A stretch of DNA of 64,000 nt from Polyangiales bacterium (GCA_038231275.1 JBBRLQ010000001.1:448001-512000), one strand, 5' to 3'. Counted from the first letter of the stretch, positions 47,901-57,338 are shown. The notes: generated by a model from the sequence alone, not told the origin. Numbers and translations: made by a program.

Positions 47901-48296
47901 ATGAGTCAGCCACGCAAAAGGGCCGTCATCGTGATCGGCGCCGGCGCCCTGTCGTGGATCGGCTTGGCGTGCGGCACCAGCCAGAAGGCCGAGTGCTTTT
48001 GCGATAGCCCCGCCGCGGTGACCATTCGCGCGCCGTCCGGGGCGATCTCGGCGGTGAAGCTGGGCGGGGCGTGCGCGGGCGTCTTTCCGTCGTGCCAGGG
48101 GAACGGCGATGCCGTCTACCCGACGGGGTGCGCCGAGACGCTCCTCTTCCCTCGAAACACCGGGACCTGCGACATCGAAGTCGACTTCTTCGACGGGCGC
48201 GCGTTTCGAAGCTCCGTTTCGCTCGTCGCGGACGGTACGTGCTGCGGCATCGTTCGGGCAGCGACGCCCGACGGCGGCACCCTCGCCGTGCCGTGA
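47901..48296 (+). CDS. Small Cys-containing lipoprotein
   Basis: Lipobox GLAC; several Cys. Confidence 0.6.
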   Translation: MSQPRKRAVIVIGAGALSWIGLACGTSQKAECFCDSPAAVTIRAPSGAISAVKLGGACAGVFPSCQGNGDAVYPTGCAETLLFPRNTGTCDIEVDFFDGRAFRSSVSLVADGTCCGIVRAATPDGGTLAVP

Positions 48297-48303
48297 GGCG
48301 TGC

Positions 48304-49923
48304 TCACTCCCCGAGGTAGAGGCGCAGGCTCTCGGCGGCCGCGCGGCGATCGAACGTCAGGCCGGCGAGCTCGTCGCGCCTTCCGATGCTCTCGAACAGC
48401 GCGGTCAGGAACTCGAAGAACTGATCGCACTCGACCGTCGCCGCTGCGAGGCGCCCCGGATCGACGAGGTCCGCCTCTTCGAGCGAGCTCATCGCCCCCA
48501 TGAACGCGTCGAAGCGCGGGTAGTCGGCGGCGCGAAGGAGCGGGTACCCCATCGAGCGAAAGTACGCGAGGAACTCGCGCACGAACTGGAGGCTCGACGC
48601 TCCCGACCACCGCACGTCGGCCGACGGCGCCGCGCGCGCCTTCGTCGAGAACGCGCGGACGATCTGCGCGAACATCCACACGTCGCGGCGGAGACGCTCG
48701 GAGAGCGTGCGGCGCGCGACGTGATCGTCGAAGACGCCGTGCTCGTCGAGGCGCGTGCCCAGCGTCTTGCCGAGAAAAAGCACCGCGTTTTGTAGGGCAG
48801 GGCGGAGGTTCGACACGGTGCGGATGACGGCGGCGCGTACGGCCTCGCCGGTGGCGCTCTCCGGCGGAACGAAATCGTGCTCGAACGCGCGGCGCATCTC
48901 GAGGCGCAGGTTCGCCGCGATGCCGCCGAGCGTGGCCTTGATGCCGAGCAGGCGATGCCCCTCGGCGCGGAGCGCCTCGTAGCGCGCGGCCATCTGCACC
49001 GCCGGCGTCCGCAGGAGCTCGCGCTCGTAGCTGTCGGCGAGCAGGACCCCGGTGCGCTGGCGAAGGTAGCCGGTGAGCGCGCGCGCATCGGAGCGGAGCA
49101 CGCTCATCACGAGGTAGACCACGCCTGCCATGCGACGCGAGCTCGCTTCGTCCTTCGCCGCGCTCTCGCAGAGCGACAAATACCGCAGCATCCGGAAGAG
49201 CGAGAGGAACGACAGCGCGACGAGCCGCCGCGCCTGTTCGCCGTTCACGCCGCGCATCAAGTCGAGGATGCGCGCGTTGGCGATGCGATCGAACTCTGGT
49301 CGGAACTCGAGCGCGTTCAGCGGATTGAAATACGCCGAGCGCGAGACCTCGCGCTGCGCGACGCCGAGCAGCGCGTAAAAGAGGCGGTACGGCACCCGCT
49401 CGAGGCGCGCCACGCCGGTCGTCACCTCGTGGAGGTTCGACATCGAGTGACGGAGGACGAAGAGCGACTCCTCGGGCGTGTCTTGCGCGAGCGTCTCGTG
49501 GACGAGCCGCGTGCGCGCGCCGTCGTCCGGCAGCACCGTCTCCAGGTAGCGCGAGAAGACGAACGCGCGCTCGCGATCGACGAGGAGCGTGCGGCACAGG
49601 GCCACGATGCGCGCCATCGCGTCCTTCGCCAAGACGAGCGGCTCACGGAAATCCTGCGCGACGACGGGAATGCGCCGCGCCGGCCCCGCGTGATTTCTCG
49701 GATTGGCGAAGCACGCGAGGCCCTTCAGCAGAATCTCGAGCTCGAAGAGGAGCTCGTCTTTGCGATCGAGCGGCAGGCGCGACAGCCACGTCTCGCGCGC
49801 GAGCGCCTGCTCGCGGCGAAGCCCGCGCGTGTCGCGCAACAGGTCGCCGTACGGATCGCGCCCGTCCGGCGGGAGAGTGCGCGGCGGCATCGACGGAGGG
49901 CGCGACGGGGAGGTGACGGTCAC
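48304..49923 (-). CDS. Hypothetical alpha-helical protein (about 540 aa)
   Basis: Protein-like composition from about VTVTS/MPPRT onward; no motif recognised; start 49923 or 49890. Confidence 0.72.
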   Translation of the reverse strand: MTVTSPSRPPSMPPRTLPPDGRDPYGDLLRDTRGLRREQALARETWLSRLPLDRKDELLFELEILLKGLACFANPRNHAGPARRIPVVAQDFREPLVLAKDAMARIVALCRTLLVDRERAFVFSRYLETVLPDDGARTRLVHETLAQDTPEESLFVLRHSMSNLHEVTTGVARLERVPYRLFYALLGVAQREVSRSAYFNPLNALEFRPEFDRIANARILDLMRGVNGEQARRLVALSFLSLFRMLRYLSLCESAAKDEASSRRMAGVVYLVMSVLRSDARALTGYLRQRTGVLLADSYERELLRTPAVQMAARYEALRAEGHRLLGIKATLGGIAANLRLEMRRAFEHDFVPPESATGEAVRAAVIRTVSNLRPALQNAVLFLGKTLGTRLDEHGVFDDHVARRTLSERLRRDVWMFAQIVRAFSTKARAAPSADVRWSGASSLQFVREFLAYFRSMGYPLLRAADYPRFDAFMGAMSSLEEADLVDPGRLAAATVECDQFFEFLTALFESIGRRDELAGLTFDRRAAAESLRLYLGE

Positions 49924-49937
49924 CGCCCTCGAGAGTA

Positions 49938-50789
49938 TCAGGCCGGCGCGCGCGTGCGGACGCGAGCCTCGGCCCCCGCCTTCTTCTTGGAGAGGAGCGA
50001 GTCGAGGCGGCCGACGCGGCTGCCGAGCATCCGCGCCATCACGTGCTGCACGTCGCGCTTTGTGCGCTGGCACAGGAGCGTGATGTCGAGCGCAACCTGG
50101 CTCGTCGCGATCTCGGCGATCGCGCGCGTCTCGCTGACGACCGCGTTGTCGTCGTTGCCCTGTTCGGTCGCGGCGATGAGCGATCGCGTGTCGTCGGCGA
50201 CGACCACGAGGCGGTGTTTCCAGAACTCTTCGAGCGACGCCTCGTCGAGCTCGTAGCTGAAGAGCTCGCCCGGCAACGTCGCTGGGAGGGCCGAGTGCGA
50301 GAAGACGACGATGTAGACCTTGCGCTTCGCCGCCTTCTTCAGCTCGCTCGACAAGTGCTCGAGCTCCCGAGGCCAACCGGAGACGACGAGGCGATCCTCT
50401 GCGCCGCGAACCAGACGCTCGGCCTCCTCGACGACGCGGGCATACCCGCGCACGCTGAAGGCGTCCGGGATCGGCGGCGCCACGTCGATCTCTCTCACGG
50501 CTTTGTCGAGCGTCTCGGCGGACGTGTCGAAGCGCTTGCGCAAGAGAATGAGGAGCTCGTCCGCCGGCGCCGGCGCGAAGCGTTCCGGCGAGCCCGCGAT
50601 CGACCGGGCGGCGCCGGCCTTCACGAGGCGACGGAGGACGCCGTACACCGCCGACCGCGGGATCTGCGCGCGCACGCCGACCTCGTAGCCGGTCGCCGGG
50701 CTCTCCTGAAGGAGCGCGGCGTAGGCGCGCGACTCGTTCAGACTGAACCCGAGGGCGACGAGCGCCTGCACGACGTCCGGTTCTGCCAT
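49938..50789 (-). CDS. TrmB family transcriptional regulator
   Basis: LGFSLNESRAYAALL..TGYEV..IPRSAVYGVLRRL wHTH plus effector domain (LVVVADD). Confidence 0.92.
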   Translation of the reverse strand: MAEPDVVQALVALGFSLNESRAYAALLQESPATGYEVGVRAQIPRSAVYGVLRRLVKAGAARSIAGSPERFAPAPADELLILLRKRFDTSAETLDKAVREIDVAPPIPDAFSVRGYARVVEEAERLVRGAEDRLVVSGWPRELEHLSSELKKAAKRKVYIVVFSHSALPATLPGELFSYELDEASLEEFWKHRLVVVADDTRSLIAATEQGNDDNAVVSETRAIAEIATSQVALDITLLCQRTKRDVQHVMARMLGSRVGRLDSLLSKKKAGAEARVRTRAPA

Positions 50790-51031
50790 GGGGCATTTCT
50801 CCCATGGAACCCGTACCTCAGGTGCAAAAATCCCTTATCACCCCAGGGTTTGGCGCCATTCGTAACGAAATCGAGCGAAATTGCGCGCGCGCAAGCCCTC
50901 CTTAGCGGAAAAAAAACTGGCCCGCGTCGTCGATACCTTTGTACCCTCCCGCGCGTAGCTGAGACGGACTCGGCGTGTTCGCCGGGGAGTTTCGAAATGG
51001 GCGCGTTCGCGCGTTGAGTGAGGAGAACATT

Positions 51032-51286
51032 ATGAACATCGGCAAGACGTTGGCGGTTTCGGCTGTCTCGAGCATCCTCGTGGGCGTTCTCGCCGCGTGT
51101 GGCGGCGCGCCCGCGGATGGCGCGAAGGTCCCCTCGACGGACATGGCCCCGCCGGCGGCGAAGGACTGCTGCAAGGGCAAGAACGAGTGCAAGGGCAAGT
51201 CCGGCTGCAAGACCGAGACGAACGCCACCTGCGCCGGTCACAACGAGTGCAAGGGCAAGGGCACGACCTGCGCCAAGCCGGCCTGA
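51032..51286 (+). CDS. MNIO-associated RiPP precursor (bufferin BufA2-like) with lipoprotein signal
   Basis: AGGAG RBS; lipobox LAAC; two CxGxNECKGK repeats; directly upstream of DUF692 gene. Confidence 0.88.
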   Translation: MNIGKTLAVSAVSSILVGVLAACGGAPADGAKVPSTDMAPPAAKDCCKGKNECKGKSGCKTETNATCAGHNECKGKGTTCAKPA

Positions 51287-51306
51287 TTTTTCAGAGCTGA
51301 GCACGA

Positions 51307-51348
51307 GGCGCCGGTCCGCGTTCGCGCGGCCGGCGCCTTTTTCTTTTG
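51307..51348 (+). terminator. Intrinsic terminator/stabilising hairpin between precursor and MNIO genes
   Basis: AGGCGCCGG(T)CCGCG-ttcg-CGCGG-CCGGCGCCT then TTTTCTTTT. Confidence 0.8.
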
Positions 51349-51366
51349 GTGCTAGGAGGTTTCCGC

Positions 51367-52269
51367 GTGGGCTACCGGCAGCGTCACGACATCCCCGATC
51401 TCGGCATAGGCGTCGGATTTCGCATCCCGCACTACGCGAAGATCCTCGACGAGACGCCGCCGATGGACTGGTTCGAGGTCATCAGCGAGAACTTCATGGT
51501 CCGCGGCGGCCGCCCGCTCGAGAACCTGGAGCGCCTCCTCGCCTCGTACCGCGTCGTGAACCACGGTGTCTCCATGTCGATCGGCGCGTCGACGCCGCTC
51601 GACGTCGACTACCTCGCGAAGCTCAAGGCGCTCATCGCCAAGGTGAAGCCGCCGTGGTGCTCCGATCACCTGTGCTGGGGTCAAGCGAGCAAGGTCGTCC
51701 TCCACGATCTCCTCCCGCTCCCGCAGACGAAGGCCACCGTCGACCACGTCGCCGAGCGCGTGAAGCGCGTGCAAGGCACGCTCGAGATCCCGTTCGCGCT
51801 CGAGAACGTGTCTTCGTACCTGACGTACAAGGAGAGCACGCTGACCGAGTGGGAGATGGTCTGCGAGGTCGCCGAGAAGGCCGACTGCGGGCTCCTCTTC
51901 GACGTGAACAACGTCTACGTCTCGTCGCGAAACCACGGGTTCGATCCGAACCTGTACGTCGACGCGGTGCCCGTCGATCGCGTCGTCCAAATCCACGTCG
52001 CCGGCCACACCGACAAGGGCAAGTACATCCTCGACACGCACAGCGACCACGTGCGCGAGGAGGTGTGGGATCTCTACCGTCGGGCGATCGCGCGGTGCGG
52101 CGCTGTGTCCACGCTCGTCGAGTGGGACGACGACATCCCGGAGTGGGACGTGCTCGCCAAAGAAGCAGAGATGGCGCGGACCGCGCGCGCGGAGGTGCTC
52201 GGCGGCGGCGCACCACCCGAAACGCAGGAGAGAGCGGACCGCGCGCGCGTCGGGGCATCGTGCGCGTGA
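51367..52269 (+). CDS. Multinuclear non-heme iron oxidative enzyme (MNIO, DUF692)
   Basis: G.GFR.PH, WFEVISENF, HGVSMSIG, SDHLCW, LENVSSY, DVNNVYV, QIHVAGH, DTH, EWD; GTG start after AGGAGG. Confidence 0.96.
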   Translation: MGYRQRHDIPDLGIGVGFRIPHYAKILDETPPMDWFEVISENFMVRGGRPLENLERLLASYRVVNHGVSMSIGASTPLDVDYLAKLKALIAKVKPPWCSDHLCWGQASKVVLHDLLPLPQTKATVDHVAERVKRVQGTLEIPFALENVSSYLTYKESTLTEWEMVCEVAEKADCGLLFDVNNVYVSSRNHGFDPNLYVDAVPVDRVVQIHVAGHTDKGKYILDTHSDHVREEVWDLYRRAIARCGAVSTLVEWDDDIPEWDVLAKEAEMARTARAEVLGGGAPPETQERADRARVGASCA

Positions 52270-53060
52270 TGGAGCTGCGTTCGCTTCAAGAGTTCATGGC
52301 CGACGTGCTGCAGAAGCCGCGGCCACTCGCCGAGCACGGCGAGCTCGCCGGCGCGACGCCGGGTGTCATTGCGGGGAACGAGCGTCTCTCGCCCGTCGAG
52401 CAGCTCGACATCTACCGCGAGCAATTCTGGCTGCGGCACACCGGCGCGCTCGAGGAGGACTACACGACACTCGTGCACGTGCTTGGGCACGAGGCGTTCC
52501 ACTCGATGTGTGCAGACTACATCGAAGCATTCCCGCCCGATTCGTGGAGCCTCCGCGATCTCGGCGCGAAGCTGCCCGAGTTTCTGGAGAAGACCGCGCA
52601 GTTCGCGGACGATCCGCTGATCATCGATCTCGCGCGCTACGAGTGGGCGTTCGTCGACGCGTTCGATGCGCCGTCGGCCCCGCCGCTCGACGCCGCCGCC
52701 ATCGCCGCCGCGAGCGAGGACGAGTGGAGCCGCGCGAAGCTCGATCTCGCGCCGAGCGTACAGCTCGTTCACGCACGCTTCCCCGTCGACGAGCTACGCG
52801 CGGAGGTCCAGAAGGGCGAATCGCCGGAGCGACCGCCTCCGAAGGACGTGCACCTCGTGGTCTGGCGCGGCCCCGACGCAATGAAGTACCTCGACGTCGA
52901 GCCCGCCGCGCTGGCGTTGCTGCAGCGCCTCGCGAGGGGCGAACCTCTCGCGACTGCCTGCGAAGCGATCGCCGCCGAAGAGCCCGCGATCGAAGAGAAG
53001 GTCGGCGCGTGGTTCCAGCAGTGGTCGCAGCTGGGCTGGATCGCGCGCGTCGTCTTCTGA
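52269..53060 (+). CDS. DUF2063 (HvfC/BufC-type) MNIO partner protein
   Basis: LRSLQEF, QLDIYR, LEEDY, FPP.S..L..LG, DLARYEWA; start overlaps the MNIO stop. Confidence 0.9.
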   Translation: MELRSLQEFMADVLQKPRPLAEHGELAGATPGVIAGNERLSPVEQLDIYREQFWLRHTGALEEDYTTLVHVLGHEAFHSMCADYIEAFPPDSWSLRDLGAKLPEFLEKTAQFADDPLIIDLARYEWAFVDAFDAPSAPPLDAAAIAAASEDEWSRAKLDLAPSVQLVHARFPVDELRAEVQKGESPERPPPKDVHLVVWRGPDAMKYLDVEPAALALLQRLARGEPLATACEAIAAEEPAIEEKVGAWFQQWSQLGWIARVVF

Positions 53061-53073
53061 GCGACGCGATCGC

Positions 53074-53712
53074 TCAGTTCTTCGGCGGTGGCTGCGCTCC
53101 GCCCTTGCCGACCTGGCCGGTCTTCGGGTGGAAGTTGAACGGGTAGTGCGTGCGCGTCTCGAAGCCCTTCGCGCTCTTCGCGAACTTCACCTTCTTGATG
53201 ATCGCGGCGATGCACGACGAGACGCCTGCGTCGTGGATCGTCGACTTCGTGCTGTCCTCGCCGGCCTCGGTGACGTTCCCTTCGGGATCGATCGTCCACT
53301 TGATGTCGAGGTCGCCTTCGATCGACGGGTTCTTCTTCAGCCCCTCGTCGTAGCAAGCGCGCGCCTCGTCCCTGCGCGCGGCGATGATGGCCTGGATGTC
53401 CTCGCGGCCACGGCCGGGCTCGGCACCCTTCTTGGGCTCGTCGGCCTTGGGGGGCGGTGTGCCCGTCGCGGGGAGCTTCGTCCCGGGCTCGTTGCCGGTG
53501 AGCGTCGCCGTCGTGGTGGTCGGCGGGCTCGACGCGGGTTCGGTGGCGGGCGCCGTGGACGTCGGTGACGCGCCGGCGCCGAGCGATTCAGGGGTCTTGG
53601 CGTCCGGCGACTTTCCGCCGCAGGCGCCGACCGCCACGACGAGCGTGGCCGCGGACACGAGGGAGAAGAAGGAGGAGAGGGGAGCGGACAGGCCTGAGTT
53701 CCTCGCGCGCAT
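53074..53712 (-). CDS. Lipoprotein with AgmX/PglI C-terminal (TonB-C-like) domain
   Basis: Lipobox VGAC; RACYDEGLKKNP.IEG, WTIDPEGNV, SCI, YPFNF. Confidence 0.85.
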   Translation of the reverse strand: MRARNSGLSAPLSSFFSLVSAATLVVAVGACGGKSPDAKTPESLGAGASPTSTAPATEPASSPPTTTTATLTGNEPGTKLPATGTPPPKADEPKKGAEPGRGREDIQAIIAARRDEARACYDEGLKKNPSIEGDLDIKWTIDPEGNVTEAGEDSTKSTIHDAGVSSCIAAIIKKVKFAKSAKGFETRTHYPFNFHPKTGQVGKGGAQPPPKN

Positions 53713-53773
53713 AGGGAAAACGTAGCCCAGACTCGACGATGGGGGGGCGAAATGCTTCAGTGAAAGCGGACCC

Positions 53774-55564
53774 GTGTCTACCGGCGAGCCCCCCCTCAAC
53801 GATCTGGCGCCCGCCCTCGGCGAGGCGGCCACGGCGTCCTCGGCGGCGTCGGCATCCCCGCCGACGGCGAGCGGTGAGCAGGGCGAGGCGATCGCGCCGA
53901 GGACCCTCGGCCGTGCGGGCGGCTACGAGCTCCTGATCGAAATCGCGTCGGGCGGCATGGCGACGGTCTACTTGGGACGCGCCGTGGACGGGCGAGAGGG
54001 GGCGGTGCTCGTCGCCGTCAAGCGGCCGCACAAGCACCTCGCCACCGACAAGGTCTTCATGTCGATGCTCCTCGACGAGGCACGCCTCGCCTCGGCGATC
54101 GATCACGAGAACGTCGTGAAGGTGCGCGAGCTCGGTTTCGAGCTGGGCGAGCCGTTCATCGTCATGGACTACGTCGAGGGCGCGTCGCTCGCCGATCTGC
54201 GCAAGGAGCTCGCGACCGCCGAGCGCGCCGTCGACGCGCGCGTGGCCGTGCGCATCATCCTCGACGCGCTCGCCGGCCTCGTCGCCGCGCACGAGCTCCG
54301 CGACGACAGCGGTCGCCACCTCGGGATCATCCACCGCGACGTGTCGCCGCACAACGTCCTCGTCGGCTGCGACGGCCACGGCCGCCTCACCGACTTCGGC
54401 ATCGCCAAGGCCGAGGATCGTGTGCAAACTACACGTACCCACGAGGTGAAGGGCAAGCTCGCCTACCTGGCGCCCGAGCGCATCGACAAGCGGCGCATGT
54501 GCACGGTGCAGAGCGACGTCTTCTCGATGGCGGTGGTGCTCTGGGAGTGCATCGCCGGTCGCCGCCTGTTCCGCGGCGAAGAGGCGGTCGACACGCTGCA
54601 AGAGGTGATGAACGCGCAGATCCCGCGCTTGCGACGCCTCGGCGCGCGCATTCCGGTCGCGCTCGACGACGTCATCGCGCGCGGCCTCTCGCGTGACCTC
54701 GAGACGAGGTACCTGACGGCGCGCGACTTCGCCGAGGCGATCGAGCGCGCCGCGGGGCGCCAGAACATCGCGTCGTGGACCGAGACGGCGAACGTCATCG
54801 AGACGGTCTTCGGCCCGCGCATGCGCGTCCGCCACGACAAGATCCGCTCGAGCCTGCCCGGGCGCGACGCCGACGTCATCATTTCGCAGTCGGGCCTCCC
54901 GTCGCGTGAGCCACCGACCGAGGAGATGCGCCTCTCGATCCCCGAGGTGCTCGCGCAGATCGCGCCGCCGGCGCCGAGCGCGCGGTACACGTTCGGCAAC
55001 AACGACTACGCGGCGAAGCTCTTCCCGAGGAAGCCCCCGTGGGGGATCATGGCGGGGATCGGTGGCGGCATCGCGCTTGGGGCGATCATCATGTTCACGC
55101 TGGTGCCGCGTCGCGCGGCCGTGCCGGTGACGACGACGCCGTCGGCCGCGGTCACCACAGCCGCAAAAGTGCGGCACGTGAAGGTGGCGCTTCCGTTCGT
55201 GGCCACGCTCGTGACGCTCGACGACACCGCGCGCGAGCTCGATCCGGCGGCCGATGCCGTCGAATTCGACGTGCTGGCCGAGCGACCGACGCGCCATCGT
55301 GTCATCGCCGTCGCGCTCGACGGGACGCGCGCCGAGGGCTGGGTGCGTGAGGTCGACGGCGTCGCGTTGATCGACGAGGACGGGTACACCTTCGAGAGCC
55401 CCGATCTGCCGAGCGTCGCGCAGGCGCAACCGCCTCCCGCGCCCGCCGCCGCGCGAGGGACCGGGACCGCGCGCAACGGGCCCGGAGGGAAGAAGCCGCC
55501 GCCGCCCGCCGCGCCGCCGCCGCCCGCCGGGACGACGAAGAACGGCTTCACGAAGCTGAAATGA
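53774..55564 (+). CDS. Ser/Thr protein kinase, membrane-anchored
   Basis: IASGGMATVY, VAVK, HRDVSPHN, DFG, YLAPE, SDVFS; TM and extracytoplasmic tail. Confidence 0.95.
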   Translation: MSTGEPPLNDLAPALGEAATASSAASASPPTASGEQGEAIAPRTLGRAGGYELLIEIASGGMATVYLGRAVDGREGAVLVAVKRPHKHLATDKVFMSMLLDEARLASAIDHENVVKVRELGFELGEPFIVMDYVEGASLADLRKELATAERAVDARVAVRIILDALAGLVAAHELRDDSGRHLGIIHRDVSPHNVLVGCDGHGRLTDFGIAKAEDRVQTTRTHEVKGKLAYLAPERIDKRRMCTVQSDVFSMAVVLWECIAGRRLFRGEEAVDTLQEVMNAQIPRLRRLGARIPVALDDVIARGLSRDLETRYLTARDFAEAIERAAGRQNIASWTETANVIETVFGPRMRVRHDKIRSSLPGRDADVIISQSGLPSREPPTEEMRLSIPEVLAQIAPPAPSARYTFGNNDYAAKLFPRKPPWGIMAGIGGGIALGAIIMFTLVPRRAAVPVTTTPSAAVTTAAKVRHVKVALPFVATLVTLDDTARELDPAADAVEFDVLAERPTRHRVIAVALDGTRAEGWVREVDGVALIDEDGYTFESPDLPSVAQAQPPPAPAAARGTGTARNGPGGKKPPPPAAPPPPAGTTKNGFTKLK

Positions 55565-56055
55565 AGGCGTCCCGCGTGACGGTCGCGCTCCGCGTGGGCA
55601 CGGCGTCGGCCTTCGCCCTCACGGCCGCGCTCATCGCGTGGGCCTGCAACGGCGACATTCCCGTCGATCCAACCTGCGTCGCGATCCCCGACGGCGGGTG
55701 CCCCTCGTCGTTCGGAAACGCGTGCGAAGATCCGACGTGCGCGACCGTCTATGCGTGCACGACCGCCGGTTGGTCCTTCGTGCGCGCGTGTCCGGCGCGC
55801 GAGGCCGGTGCCGACTCCTCGAGCGACGACGGCGCGAGCCACGACGCGCAGGCGATTCGAGACGTTCAGATCGACGTCCCCGGCGCCGGCGGCGGCCCCG
55901 GTTGCCAAGATCTCCAGCTCCCGGACTGCCCGCTCGCCCTCGCGGTCTCCTGCCCCAGCGGATGCTGCGGCTGCGAAGATCTCTTCGTGTGCGCCAATGG
56001 AGGCTGGAGCGACTGGGGCATTTGCGGCGACGGCGGAACGATCACGCCGCGCTGA
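55561..56055 (+). CDS. Cys-rich lipoprotein
   Basis: ATGA overlap with kinase; lipobox AWAC; two Cys-rich repeats. Confidence 0.72.
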   Translation: MKASRVTVALRVGTASAFALTAALIAWACNGDIPVDPTCVAIPDGGCPSSFGNACEDPTCATVYACTTAGWSFVRACPAREAGADSSSDDGASHDAQAIRDVQIDVPGAGGGPGCQDLQLPDCPLALAVSCPSGCCGCEDLFVCANGGWSDWGICGDGGTITPR

Positions 56056-56082
56056 TGTCCCTCGCGACGATGACGGCGGCCT

Positions 56083-56658
56083 TCAGCTCGCCTTCAAGAA
56101 CGGCTCCCACTCCTTGAACTTGGAGCCGGTGCCGAGGAGGATCTGCGCGGTCATCGACCACTTCGGACGGAACGGCCGGCGGGCGAGGTTCATGTTCGCC
56201 TCTTCCGGCGTCTTCCAGCCCTTCCGCAAGTTGCAGACGCGGCACGCCGTCACGAGGTTCTCCCACGTGTCGGCGCCGCCGCGCGAGCGGGGCATCACGT
56301 GGTCGATGTTGAGCTCGCGGAGCGGAGGCCGCTTCCCGCAGTACTGGCACGTGTGCGCGTCGCGGAACATGAGGTTGCGTCGCGTCAGGCGTACCGTGAC
56401 GCGCGGGGTGCGGTCGTAACGGTGCAGATGCAGGACCCGAGGCACGCGGAGGCCGCCGCCCACGATCGTGACCAGATCGTCGTGGTCGCGGACCGGCAAG
56501 GTGCGCCACAGGTCGAAGTCGTGCGGCTCGCCCTCTTCGTCCAGCGCGTTTGCCGCCCCGCCGTAGAGGAGCACGAACGCACGTTTGGCCGTCGTAACCT
56601 GTACGGGCTGGAAGTAGCGATTCAGGATTAGTACGGGCAAGCTGAGCACGTCAGTCAT
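56083..56658 (-). CDS. HNH endonuclease (McrA-like, stand-alone)
   Basis: VLILN..FQP, RDAHTCQYCG, IDHVMPRSRGG, WENLVTACRVCN..KG. Confidence 0.93.
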   Translation of the reverse strand: MTDVLSLPVLILNRYFQPVQVTTAKRAFVLLYGGAANALDEEGEPHDFDLWRTLPVRDHDDLVTIVGGGLRVPRVLHLHRYDRTPRVTVRLTRRNLMFRDAHTCQYCGKRPPLRELNIDHVMPRSRGGADTWENLVTACRVCNLRKGWKTPEEANMNLARRPFRPKWSMTAQILLGTGSKFKEWEPFLKAS

Positions 56659-56720
56659 CGCGCTTTCCAAATGATAGCACGCCAGGTGTGCCCTCCAACT
56701 TCCGCGCCAACACGGCCACG

Positions 56721-56754
56721 CCTACATTGACCTGGGTGAATGTAGGGCTAAAAT
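56721..56754 (+). promoter_or_regulatory. Candidate sigma70 promoter of ccmE overlapped by a palindrome
   Basis: TTGACC-N16-TAAAAT, 7 nt before GTG; CCTACATT..AATGTAGG inverted repeat at 56721-56746. Confidence 0.6.
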
Positions 56755-56761
56755 TGAGCCC

Positions 56762-57328
56762 GTGAGCGAACCCGACAAGCCCAAGGGCGACGACGACGAC
56801 GGACTCGAGGTACCGGTGCGACGACGCCGGCGCGGCGAGTCGGCCGAGGAGTCGCAGCAGGCGTCGCGTCGCGGCATGCTCATCCTGATTCCGCTCGTCA
56901 TGATCGGCGCGGGGCTCGTCTTCTTCGTCCTGACCGGGATGAAGGACCAGGCCATCTACTCGAAGCCGGTCGACGAGCTCGTCGCGAACAGGGCGCGCTT
57001 CGCCGGGCGCCAGGTCATGGCCGAGGGGAACCTCGTGCACGGCACCATCGTGAAGCGCGAGTCGCCGTGCGAGTACCGCTTCACGATCGAGAAGGGCGGC
57101 ACGCAGGTGCCTGTGCGGTTCCCGCAGTGCGTCGTTCCGGACACGTTTCGCGACATGCCGGGCCAGGACGTGGGCGTGACCGTCGAAGGCGAGCTCCTCG
57201 CGGACAACTCGTTCTTGGCGACCAAGGTGCTGGCCAAGTGCCCGAGCAAGTACGAAATGAAGGAGCAGGCCGCGAAGGGCGTGAAGATGCCCCATCCGGC
57301 GATGGAGCCTCCGCAGACGTTGCAGTAA
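56762..57328 (+). CDS. ccmE: Heme chaperone CcmE, Cys-type (CxxxY)
   Basis: N-terminal TM, OB-fold pattern, VPDTF, VEG, VLAKCPSKY. Confidence 0.92.
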   Translation: MSEPDKPKGDDDDGLEVPVRRRRRGESAEESQQASRRGMLILIPLVMIGAGLVFFVLTGMKDQAIYSKPVDELVANRARFAGRQVMAEGNLVHGTIVKRESPCEYRFTIEKGGTQVPVRFPQCVVPDTFRDMPGQDVGVTVEGELLADNSFLATKVLAKCPSKYEMKEQAAKGVKMPHPAMEPPQTLQ

Positions 57329-57338
57329 CCTCGCGGTC

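Noticed and set aside
50881-50894. TTGCGCGCGCGCAA palindrome as TrmB operator
   Set aside because: Mostly CG dinucleotide repeats, which arise easily by chance at this GC; a shorter TTCGT-A-ACGAA at 50859 is equally unsupported
56083-56658. HNH nuclease as mobile element, IscB or defence system
   Set aside because: Short stand-alone McrA-like family; no RuvC motifs, flanking repeats, methylase or room for a guide RNA
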